Source of the DNA: Ignavibacteria bacterium RIFOXYC2_FULL_35_21
Lineage (GTDB): Bacteria; Bacteroidota; Ignavibacteria; Kapaibacteriales; UBA2268
Direction: 5' to 3'
DNA length: 64,000 nucleotides
Assembly (NCBI GenBank): GCA_001804705.1
Contig: MHAY01000027.1
Span: 15,399 to 79,398 of the forward strand
How positions within the stretch are numbered: the first letter of the stretch is position 1; each line of letters starts with the position of its first letter. Made by a program: the position numbers and the translations under genes. Shown here one piece after another: positions 1 to 8,596 of the stretch. The notes beneath the pieces were generated by a model. It saw only the letters and a list, made by a program, of their open reading frames with translations. It was not told the DNA's origin and made no database searches.

Positions 1-1
1 A

Positions 2-487
2 CGTTTAAAAAGAAAAGGCAGGATACACCACCCGGTTTATGACATCATTGCAATTGATGAAAGAAGCCGCCGCGATGGTGCTTTTATCGAGAGATTAGGT
101 TATTATGACCCGAATCATCAGCCATCTGTTGTTAAGGTTGACCCTGACAGAACTATTTATTGGTTGAGTGTTGGCGCCCAACCGACTAACCTTGTAAGAA
201 ATCTTTTGAGCTATGAAGGAGTACTCCTGAGAAAATATATGGCATCTAAGGGCAAGAACCAGGTTGAAATCGAGGAAGCTGTCCAATTGCATAAAGAAGT
301 AGCCAGGGCAAAGTATTTCAGGAGAAAAGAACTCCGAATAAAACGCAATGATGCAAAGGAAAAAGCTGCCGCAGCCGCCAAGGAAGAAGCAGCTAAACCT
401 GCTCCTGTGCCGGAAGTGAAAGCAGAAGAGACTAAACCTGAAACAGTACCGGAAGTGAAAACAGAATCAGCAGTAACTACAGAATAA
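2..487 (+). CDS. rpsP: 30S ribosomal protein S16, 5'-truncated by the window edge, with a Lys/Glu/Ala/Pro-rich C-terminal extension
   Basis: Frame 2 is open from base 2 and reads RLKRKGRIHHPVYDIIAIDERSRRDGAFIERLGYYDPNHQPSVVKVDPDRTIYWLSVGAQPTNLVRNLL, the canonical S16 core. The track ORF 164..487 is only the part after an internal TTG. Confidence 0.85.
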   Translation, partial: RLKRKGRIHHPVYDIIAIDERSRRDGAFIERLGYYDPNHQPSVVKVDPDRTIYWLSVGAQPTNLVRNLLSYEGVLLRKYMASKGKNQVEIEEAVQLHKEVARAKYFRRKELRIKRNDAKEKAAAAAKEEAAKPAPVPEVKAEETKPETVPEVKTESAVTTE

Positions 488-496
488 ATCTGATTA

Positions 497-548
497 TCTC
501 TTACGGGATTCGTTTATTAAAACAATCCCGTAAGGAGACTTATTTTAA
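497..548 (+). terminator. Candidate intrinsic terminator after rpsP
   Basis: Stem tctcttacgggatt (497-510) pairs with aatcccgtaaggaga (524-538) and is followed by a T-rich tract (cttatttta). Confidence 0.5.
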
Positions 549-744
549 AAATTACCCATTTGTAAAATTAATATAGATATTGAATTTATAAATTTATTTA
601 TATTGTTATAACTACTTTAATTCATACAACACATAATAGTTTTTTTAGTCTCATTACTTCTTAAATCCAATGATAATCTGCATTCAATTTTGTAATTTTG
701 AAGTTTATTTTAAAATTATTAGAGAAAAACAGTAAAGTTAAAAG

Positions 745-2676
745 ATGGGAATTTACGATTTTGAATTTAAGACTTTTGAAGAGATGACAACTGGTGATTA
801 TGAAAGAGTTGGTTTTATGTCCGGATTAGAAGTTCATCAGCAGTTAATGACAGATTTGAAACTTTTTTGCAGATGCCCCGCCGGGATTTACAGTAAAGAA
901 TATGATGCAGAAATATTAAGGCACATGAGGCCTACACTCTCCGAATTAGGTGAATATGACGGCACTGCTTTAATGGAATTTAAGACAAAGAAAGACATCA
1001 TTTACAGAATACAACACGATACTGTTTGCACTTACGAGATGGATGATACGCCTCCTTTTCAGATTAACGAGCAGGCGTTAGATATTGCCCTTGAAATTTC
1101 GATGTTGACTAAGGCAAAAATTGTTGATGAAATGCATATTGCCCGCAAACAGTATCTTGACGGTAGTATCCCTACAGGCTTCCAACGCACAGCGATTGTA
1201 TCCGTTGGTGGTGCTGTTCCATATAAAGACCGTGAAATAAGATTAATACAAATGTCTATCGAGGAAGATTCTTGCAGGGAAGCCGGGGATGTAGGGCATA
1301 AAAGAACATATTTAACCGACAGGCTCGGTATGCCGCTTATTGAAACTGTTACATACCCCGACATGAAAACACCGGTTGAGGTAGCAGAAGTTAACGATAT
1401 TCTCCGAAGACTTGCAAGATGTACGGGAAAAGTCAGAATTGGTGTCGGTGCAGGCAGAGAAGATGTAAACGTTAGTGTTACCGGTGGAACAAGGATTGAA
1501 ATAAAGGGTGTTCCAAGTATAAAAAGAATTCCCCTATTAACCTATAATGAAGCAATGAGACAATGGAATCTTTTAAGGTTAAGAGAGGAACTACACAATC
1601 GGGGTATAACAAAGGATACCTTTGAATCCAGGATAGATGATGTAACAAAATTACTGAACAAAACAAATTACCAGCCAATTAATAAGGCGATTGAAGAAGG
1701 ACAAACTGTAAAATGTGTTACACTGAAAGGTTTTAAAGGGTTGTTGAGTTGGCAAACGCAGACCGATACTTATTTTTCAAAGGAAATATCAGACAGGGTA
1801 AGAGTTATAGCTTGCCTGACAACCTTACCGAATATTATTCATTCTGATAGTTACGAAAACACATTATCAACATCAGAAGGATTAAAAATTCGCAGGACCG
1901 TTGGTGCAAAAGATGATGACACACTTGTGATTGTTTGGGGTAATCAGGCAGATGCCGAATTGGGTGCCAACGAAATTATTATCCGGGCAAAAGAAGCCAC
2001 AATCGGGATTCCATCAGAAACAAGACAAGCCCTGCGGGACGGTACTAATGGTTTTGAAAGGATTCTCCCGGGGCCTGACAGGATGTATCCCGACACAGAT
2101 CTTCCGCCAAAAAGGATTACAAAGGAGAGGCGCGATAAAATAAGGATGCAAATCCCTAAACCATACTGGGAAAATGAAACATGGTATTACCAAATTGGTG
2201 TTCCGAAAGATTTAATAAGGGACTTATCAGGTTCAAGGTTTGCTAATCTTTTTGAGACTTGTGTGAGAGAATGGAAATTAGAACCAAAAACAGTTGCAAC
2301 CGCTTTGATTCAATTTCCAAAAAGGTTGAAAAAGAAAAAGCTTGACATAAGTTTAATTGGTGTTGATGAGTTTAATAAGATTTTTGAAGCATTAAAGGAT
2401 AAAAAAATTGTAAAAGACAGTATTCTTGATTTGCTTGAAAGAGTAATCAGAAATGGTGGATTTACTGAAGACCTGATGCTGAAGCCATCGCAAAAGAATG
2501 AACTGAAAAGTGTTTATAGCCAGGTTAAAAAAGAAATAAAAGATATTAAGCTAATGAATGAAGAACAAAAAGAGAAAATAATGATTGGTATGATGATGAA
2601 TCATTTGCGTTCAAGAGTTAATGGTATTACGATAACAGAATTTGTCAGAGAACAACAAAAAGGAGCAAACTCATGA
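745..2676 (+). CDS. gatE: Glu-tRNA(Gln) amidotransferase subunit E (archaeal-type GatE)
   Basis: 643 aa. Carries GLEVHQQL..LFCRCP, MRPTLSELG, EMDDTPP, RKQYLDGSIPTGFQRT, EEDSCRE, DRLGMPLIETVT, EDVNVSVTGGTRIEIKGV and PSETRQALRDGTNGFERILPGPDRMYPDTDLP. These match the GatE layout rather than GatB (GLEVHVQL). The stop overlaps the gatD start (ATGA). Confidence 0.85.
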   Translation: MGIYDFEFKTFEEMTTGDYERVGFMSGLEVHQQLMTDLKLFCRCPAGIYSKEYDAEILRHMRPTLSELGEYDGTALMEFKTKKDIIYRIQHDTVCTYEMDDTPPFQINEQALDIALEISMLTKAKIVDEMHIARKQYLDGSIPTGFQRTAIVSVGGAVPYKDREIRLIQMSIEEDSCREAGDVGHKRTYLTDRLGMPLIETVTYPDMKTPVEVAEVNDILRRLARCTGKVRIGVGAGREDVNVSVTGGTRIEIKGVPSIKRIPLLTYNEAMRQWNLLRLREELHNRGITKDTFESRIDDVTKLLNKTNYQPINKAIEEGQTVKCVTLKGFKGLLSWQTQTDTYFSKEISDRVRVIACLTTLPNIIHSDSYENTLSTSEGLKIRRTVGAKDDDTLVIVWGNQADAELGANEIIIRAKEATIGIPSETRQALRDGTNGFERILPGPDRMYPDTDLPPKRITKERRDKIRMQIPKPYWENETWYYQIGVPKDLIRDLSGSRFANLFETCVREWKLEPKTVATALIQFPKRLKKKKLDISLIGVDEFNKIFEALKDKKIVKDSILDLLERVIRNGGFTEDLMLKPSQKNELKSVYSQVKKEIKDIKLMNEEQKEKIMIGMMMNHLRSRVNGITITEFVREQQKGANS

Positions 2677-4061
2677 ACGACAATGAAGCATATAAAGGTT
2701 ATAAAGGCGAAGCACTTGAGACCTTGAAAAAGTTTAATGCAATGATTTGGAGTGATGTTGAAATAGACACAACTGATGGTGATTTTGATGGATTAATATT
2801 ACCGCGTTCAGAAGCGGCTGACCAATATCATATCGTTTTAAAATTAAAAACCGGATATAATATCGGGCTTGCGGCGATTAAGATAAAAAGCATTAAAATA
2901 AACGGCAGAAAAGAAGCACATTATAAAATACCTGAAAAAGAATTTCCTTACTCCCCCAGAAAACCAAGAGTGAAACTCTTCGGTACTGGCGGCACAATTG
3001 CCAGCCGTCTCGATTACAGAACAGGAGCTGTTATACCTGCTTTTTCACCGGGTGAACTTTATGGTTCTGTCCCTGAACTTGCCGACATCTGCAATCTCGA
3101 AACGGAAAAACTTTATGGTGTGTTCAGTGAAAATATGGGACCCGACCAATGGAAGGGAACTGCTGAAGCCATTGGTAAAGAGATAGAAAAAGGTGTACAG
3201 GGTATTGTCATAGGACATGGTACAGACACAATGCACCATACTGCTGCAATTCTTTCCTTCATGATTCAAAATTCACCTGTTCCGATTGTCATGGTCGGCT
3301 CACAGCGTTCAAGCGACAGGCCTTCATCCGACGCTGCATTGAATCTTATGCATAGCGTGAAAACCGCCGCTGACAGCGACATTGCTGAGGTTATGGTTTG
3401 TATGTTCGGGCCGACTTCGGACAGTTACGGATTGCTTCACCAGGGAACCCGTGTCAGGAAAATGCATTCCAGTTACCGCTCGACTTTCAGAACCATAGGC
3501 GATATTCCTATAGCGATGGTTGACCGTGAGAAAATTACTCCATTGAGAAAAGATTACAGAAAAAGAAGGAACGATAATAATGTGATTATTAACACTGCCT
3601 TCGAAGAACGTGTCTCAATAGTTTATTATTATCCTAATATGAAACCGGATATAATTGATTCACTCATTGACAATGGTTATAAAGGCATCATCATAGCAGG
3701 AACTGGCTTGGGACATGTGAACAAGCCGCTTTATCCTTCATTGCAAAGAGCCAAGGATAAAAATATTGCTGTTTATATGACTGTCCAAACCCTTTGGGGA
3801 TATGTGCAGATGTACGTTTATGATACGGGAAGGGATATGATGGAACTTGGGGTTGTACCTACTGCTAATATGCTTCCCGAAGTTGCTTATATGAAACTTT
3901 GCTGGGCTTTGGGACAATCAAGCGACCTTGAAGAAGTGAAGAAAATTATGTTAACACCGATTTCACATGATATAACTGAAAGGGAGCCAAGCAACGGCTA
4001 TTTAATTTACCAGGGCGGTATTCCTGAGGTTGAGGAATTTATTTCGAAGTACAGGAAGTAA
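2673..4061 (+). CDS. gatD: Glu-tRNA(Gln) amidotransferase subunit D (asparaginase-like GatD)
   Basis: 462 aa. Has the asparaginase/glutaminase signatures FGTGGTIAS and GIVIGHGTDTMHHTA, plus a GatD-type N-terminal domain (VLKLKTGYNIGL). Overlaps gatE by 4 nt, consistent with translational coupling. Confidence 0.85.
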   Translation: MNDNEAYKGYKGEALETLKKFNAMIWSDVEIDTTDGDFDGLILPRSEAADQYHIVLKLKTGYNIGLAAIKIKSIKINGRKEAHYKIPEKEFPYSPRKPRVKLFGTGGTIASRLDYRTGAVIPAFSPGELYGSVPELADICNLETEKLYGVFSENMGPDQWKGTAEAIGKEIEKGVQGIVIGHGTDTMHHTAAILSFMIQNSPVPIVMVGSQRSSDRPSSDAALNLMHSVKTAADSDIAEVMVCMFGPTSDSYGLLHQGTRVRKMHSSYRSTFRTIGDIPIAMVDREKITPLRKDYRKRRNDNNVIINTAFEERVSIVYYYPNMKPDIIDSLIDNGYKGIIIAGTGLGHVNKPLYPSLQRAKDKNIAVYMTVQTLWGYVQMYVYDTGRDMMELGVVPTANMLPEVAYMKLCWALGQSSDLEEVKKIMLTPISHDITEREPSNGYLIYQGGIPEVEEFISKYRK

Positions 4062-4289
4062 AAAATTTCATTTTAGTCCTGATTTATCCATTTAAGAAAA
4101 TAAATTTGGAAAATTGATAAATATTCCTTATGTAGCAAAAAATAATTAATTATCAAAATAATAATGGAGGATGTATGAACTTCAAATATGGTTGGTTGTC
4201 TTGGATAATCTTACACGTTTGGGAAATCTAACCTTAAATTGTGTTAATTGTAATTAACTATTTGTGAATTAAAAAATTATTTTAATGAA

Positions 4290-5129
4290 ATGATTAAATT
4301 AAAGACATTTTTATTTTTCTTAGTAGGGAATTTAATTTTATATTCCTGTGGAAATAATTTAATTCAACAAGATATTTACATAAATGATTCACTTAAAATT
4401 AAATCTATGCCAGTTATAGATTTTATTGATGTTGGCTCAAATTATAATTTGGATTCGATTGATGGTTATGTTCATCTTTGGATTATGTGCGGTAATTGTG
4501 ATTATTGTATGTTTTTACCTAAAGCTTATGCAAAATTTAATAATCATATTTTTAAAGACCCTTTAAATTCAGGTTATGTTGGTGATATTAAACTTGGTAA
4601 TTATTCAATGAAATTTAATATAGTAGGAAAATATTATTTTGGTTATAGATATAATAACAATCATAATGATGATTCTCTACCTTATCCAGATAAAAAAAGT
4701 TTATGGGAAATAATTGGCAATCCAGATGAGAACATTCCTGAAATTAGTGATAGTTTTTATTTACCATCAGAAACATATTTTTTGTCTGGTAAATTATGTG
4801 ATTCAGCTTATTTTACTCAAGGTTTACCGATAGAATGGTTGCCTGATTCTAGTAATAGCGATAATTTTTGGATTTATATACATTATAATGGTATCAAATC
4901 AAAACAATATGATAAAAACTCTGATTCTATTGATAGATACTGGTATTTTAATATTATTGACAATGGCTATTATAATATACCATTTGATACTCTCGATTTA
5001 CCTAAAGCTGGTGTTATTGAAATAGGTATAAAGAGAATTTACCAATTATTAATAAAAAAAAATAATTTGAAAATACTATATTCTGCCCAACTTTATGCTA
5101 CACAGGAGGTGTTTTTTAATAGAAAGTAA
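4290..5129 (+). CDS. Hypothetical lipoprotein
   Basis: 279 aa. N-terminal signal sequence with lipobox (LILYSC). No recognisable catalytic motif. Confidence 0.55.
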   Translation: MIKLKTFLFFLVGNLILYSCGNNLIQQDIYINDSLKIKSMPVIDFIDVGSNYNLDSIDGYVHLWIMCGNCDYCMFLPKAYAKFNNHIFKDPLNSGYVGDIKLGNYSMKFNIVGKYYFGYRYNNNHNDDSLPYPDKKSLWEIIGNPDENIPEISDSFYLPSETYFLSGKLCDSAYFTQGLPIEWLPDSSNSDNFWIYIHYNGIKSKQYDKNSDSIDRYWYFNIIDNGYYNIPFDTLDLPKAGVIEIGIKRIYQLLIKKNNLKILYSAQLYATQEVFFNRK

Positions 5130-5228
5130 TTAATAACTGATCCTCACAATAAATTGCCTTGTTGTTCTGGTACAGGATCTCTTCAAGATAAAAGTAAAAT
5201 TAAATGTCCATTATAATTGTATAATTAT

Positions 5229-5729
5229 ATGAGAAACTTTAATATATATATTTTTTTTGTATTCATTATTATTTCATTTTCATGTTCAAAATCATGTTTT
5301 TCAAAACCTCAGGATAGCTTAGGCAATCATTTGTGGTTTATTGAACTTGTTGGTGTAAATTATGGTATTTCATTTAATTATGAATATATATTTGCTAATG
5401 ACGCTTTATTATTTGATAAAATTAGTTTAAGAACAGGTGTTGGAGGTCTTGTTGGTTTTGTTTTTCTACACATTGGCTCTCCACTCATGATTAACTTTTT
5501 ATTAGGAAAAAAACATTGCTTTGAATTAGGAACTGGTGTATTATTCGATTATGCTCCAAAACAAGTAGAATATGATTATCCAACTCAAGCAATAAAATTT
5601 ATCGGGAATATTGGTTATAGATACGTTAGTGATAGTGGTTTTATATTTAAATTAGTTTTTGTTCCTTTTTATTGGGGTGAAAGAGGTATAATCCCACTTT
5701 TTGGTATTAGCTTCGGCCATTATTTTTGA
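5229..5729 (+). CDS. Small OMP-like (beta-barrel-type) protein, paralog A
   Basis: Signal peptide, alternating hydrophobic pattern, GKKHCFELGTGVLFDY core and a C-terminal GISFGHYF ending in Phe, as in outer-membrane beta-barrels. About 45% identical to the next gene. ATG at 5229 is preferred over the TTG at 5217. Confidence 0.55.
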   Translation: MRNFNIYIFFVFIIISFSCSKSCFSKPQDSLGNHLWFIELVGVNYGISFNYEYIFANDALLFDKISLRTGVGGLVGFVFLHIGSPLMINFLLGKKHCFELGTGVLFDYAPKQVEYDYPTQAIKFIGNIGYRYVSDSGFIFKLVFVPFYWGERGIIPLFGISFGHYF

Positions 5730-5847
5730 ATGTGATTTTATTGGTAAGGATTTAATTACTGATCCATATGGAAAGTTATCATGTTGCTGTAATACTGGCA
5801 CTCCAAAACAAAGAGCCAAAACGAATTGTCCACTGTAATTAATAGTT

Positions 5848-6351
5848 ATGAATAATTCAAAATGTTTAATATATATAATTATTTTATTATTTAACTTTAC
5901 TTTATTAAAGTCAAATGATACAATACCACTTAAAAATTTTGGAAATGAACTTTGGTATGTAGAATTAATGGGCAATTCATTTGTTTTATCTTTTAATTAT
6001 GAATATTCAATAATAAAAAAATTTTTATTTACTGATGAAACTAATATTAGAATTGGAATTGGAAGTGCTTTCCCTTTTGATTATTTAAATATTCCTGTAA
6101 TGTTGAATTTTATTTATGGAAAAAAACATTGTTTTGAAATTGGTGCTGGTTTATTATTTGACTATGTATATAAGGAAAAAGGTAAAAGTGAATATACATA
6201 TCCACAACAAACTATTAAATATATTTCTGTTATTGGGTACAGATATAAAAATGATGGTGATATAATCATTAGAGCAGGATTAACTCCATTTTATTCTTCT
6301 GATGTTGGTATAAGATTATGGACTGGCATTAGTTTTGGGCAATATTTTTGA
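5848..6351 (+). CDS. Small OMP-like (beta-barrel-type) protein, paralog B
   Basis: 167 aa. Contains GKKHCFEIGAGLLFDY and a C-terminal GISFGQYF. Clear paralog of 5229..5729. Confidence 0.55.
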   Translation: MNNSKCLIYIIILLFNFTLLKSNDTIPLKNFGNELWYVELMGNSFVLSFNYEYSIIKKFLFTDETNIRIGIGSAFPFDYLNIPVMLNFIYGKKHCFEIGAGLLFDYVYKEKGKSEYTYPQQTIKYISVIGYRYKNDGDIIIRAGLTPFYSSDVGIRLWTGISFGQYF

Positions 6352-6448
6352 TTTCTTTTTCAATCTAAAACACAGGTTCTTCTTCCTCTTCGTCGGCATC
6401 GAATTTGACAATGTCTTCGGGAATGTATAATTATTAACAATGATAAAT

Positions 6449-7036
6449 TTAAGTATAACTATTCAGAATTCTAATTGCTTCTTCCAAATTTTTCCCGAAG
6501 CTGATTATTCCTTCGGGATGGCCACTCATAGCAAGAATTTTATACTTCATTAAATCTGAATGAGCAAATAATTTAATAATTTCAAAAGCCAGTTCTGGTG
6601 TGCCATATTCAGCATATTCAGGTGTAGTTGGAATTATATTTTTTAGTTTTTTCCATAATTCAATATTATGAATATGTATAACTGCATTTGCTTCCTCACA
6701 GGCAGAATAAATTGCCGCATGTGTCAATGATTCAGATGATGCCTGAACAGGACCTTTACAATGAATTAAATTTTTTTCAATTTCATAAGAAGTAACAGTG
6801 GTAAAATCATTTTCATCTGCTTTTTCTTTGATTCCTGTCTGTGAGCCGCTAATGATGAATTGATTTTCATTGTACCTGATGCTGATATTGCCATAACCAA
6901 TACCATCTTTGTCAGTACCGATTAAATTCATTGAGTATAAACTATTCCTCGTGATAATTAAATCTTTGAGTATGCTTAGTGGCAAAGGCTTATCCTCAAT
7001 CCATTCGCATTTAAATTTTATAACGCCTTCTTTCAT
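6449..7036 (-). CDS. Class II aldolase/adducin-family protein (MtnB dehydratase or Ald2-type aldolase)
   Basis: 195 aa. Fold-typical SESLTHAAIY and NAVIHIHN metal-binding histidines. Sits 4 nt downstream of mtnA on the same strand. Confidence 0.6.
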   Translation of the reverse strand: MKEGVIKFKCEWIEDKPLPLSILKDLIITRNSLYSMNLIGTDKDGIGYGNISIRYNENQFIISGSQTGIKEKADENDFTTVTSYEIEKNLIHCKGPVQASSESLTHAAIYSACEEANAVIHIHNIELWKKLKNIIPTTPEYAEYGTPELAFEIIKLFAHSDLMKYKILAMSGHPEGIISFGKNLEEAIRILNSYT

Positions 7037-7040
7037 TATT

Positions 7041-8171
7041 TCACTTTCTTATCTTATCAGGAAATAGTTTGGCAATACTTACTTTATTTGCTTTACAGAT
7101 TCCTCTCTCAGTTATTAAACCGGTAACCAACCTTGCCGGTGTTACATCAAATGCATAATTGAGGGCAGGGCTTGTTTCAGGAGGTATCAATATATTTACA
7201 ATTTCATTTTTATAAAGCCCATCAACATATCTTACTTCATCAGGATTCCGTTCTTCAATCGGAATATTTTCACCTTTTTCAATTTCCCAATCAATTGTTG
7301 ATGAGGGCAAAGCTACATAAAAAGGAATGTTATTATCATAAGCAGCGAGAGCTTTAAGATATGTACCGATTTTGTTTGCTACATCACCTGCGGCTGTAGT
7401 TCTGTCGCTTCCGACAAGAACAAGGTCAACCATACCTTTCTGCATCAGGTGTCCACCTGCATTGTCAACAATCAGAATGTGAGGAATACCATTTTCGCCC
7501 AATTCCCATGCCGTAAGTTTTGCACCCTGGTTCCTCGGTCTTGTTTCATCTACCCACACGTGTAGTTTAATACCTCTTTCGTGTGCAATGTAAATCGGGG
7601 CTAAAGCTGTGCCGTAATCAACTGTTGCGAGCCAGCCTGCATTGCAGTGGGTTAATATATTTACTGTAGGGGCATATGATTCTACGCCACTGCCTTTTTT
7701 ATTGATGTAAATATTTTCTATTATTTTAAATCCATATTCACCGATTGATTTGCAGTCTGAAATATCTTTCTCAGCCAGTTCTTCGGCTTTTGCTCTTGTA
7801 GCTCGAATAATTTCATCAATATCATCAAGATTTGAAATTGAAGATAACATCTCGTCAATAGCCCAAAACAGATTTTTTGCTGTCGGCCTTGTTGATTTAA
7901 TTTTTTCGACTGATTCTAAAATATGTTTTTTATAGCCCTTTTTTTGCTGAGCTTCAATAGCGGAAATGTAAATACCATAAGCCGCAGTTATTCCAACTAA
8001 AGGTGCTCCTCTTACGTGCATTTCCTTGATTGCTTTTACAACGCCATCAACACTTTTCAGGCTCTCAATTATAAATTTATGTGGTAGCCACCTCTGGTCA
8101 ATAACTTGAATAATTCCTGGTTTATTTTCATCTTCCCAGATTGTTCTGTAGTGTTTATTTCCAACTTTCAT
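7041..8171 (-). CDS. mtnA: S-methyl-5-thioribose-1-phosphate isomerase (eIF-2B alpha/beta/delta-like family)
   Basis: 376 aa. Contains MHVRGAPLVGITAAYG, THCNAG.LAT, RPRNQGAKLTAWEL and GSDRTTAAGDVANKIGTY. Confidence 0.85.
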   Translation of the reverse strand: MKVGNKHYRTIWEDENKPGIIQVIDQRWLPHKFIIESLKSVDGVVKAIKEMHVRGAPLVGITAAYGIYISAIEAQQKKGYKKHILESVEKIKSTRPTAKNLFWAIDEMLSSISNLDDIDEIIRATRAKAEELAEKDISDCKSIGEYGFKIIENIYINKKGSGVESYAPTVNILTHCNAGWLATVDYGTALAPIYIAHERGIKLHVWVDETRPRNQGAKLTAWELGENGIPHILIVDNAGGHLMQKGMVDLVLVGSDRTTAAGDVANKIGTYLKALAAYDNNIPFYVALPSSTIDWEIEKGENIPIEERNPDEVRYVDGLYKNEIVNILIPPETSPALNYAFDVTPARLVTGLITERGICKANKVSIAKLFPDKIRK

Positions 8172-8596
8172 TTGAATACCAAATTAAATGCTCAATCAAA
8201 AATATTAAAAATATTTTAGAGTATCTTATATAATATAACTGATTTTACTAATAATTAATAATTTACAATTTTGCAATTTTCAATCATTATTTCAATTTTC
8301 AATGTTCAAATAGAAATGAACTTTACTACATTTTACCAATTTATTACTTTGAAGAAGAAAAATAATTGAATTACCCCGGATTATTCATTGGAAAAAAAAT
8401 TATATGCGAAAGGCAAGTATAGCACGGTCATTCTGAAAAGTGTAACGACGAAGAACCTCTTACAATGGTGTGAGATGCTTCGACTTCGCTCAGCATGGCA
8501 TTATTAAGATTTTCTTGCATTTCTAATGAATAATTTCGAATTAATTAATTCATGTTACGCAATATTGAAAACTTTATTCTACACCTTTGTAATTTT

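Noticed and set aside
5652-5975. 107-aa minus-strand ORF spanning the paralog A/B junction
   Set aside because: It is antisense to two well-supported paralogous genes. The substitution pattern between the two Cys-rich copies fits the plus-strand frame, not this one.
6352-6448. Acidic peptide-like frame on the minus strand (LYIPEDIVKFDADEEEEEPVF-stop) after the aldolase gene
   Set aside because: It is separated from the aldolase stop by two further in-frame stops, has no start codon, and has no second copy to test conservation. It is probably chance or an old relic.
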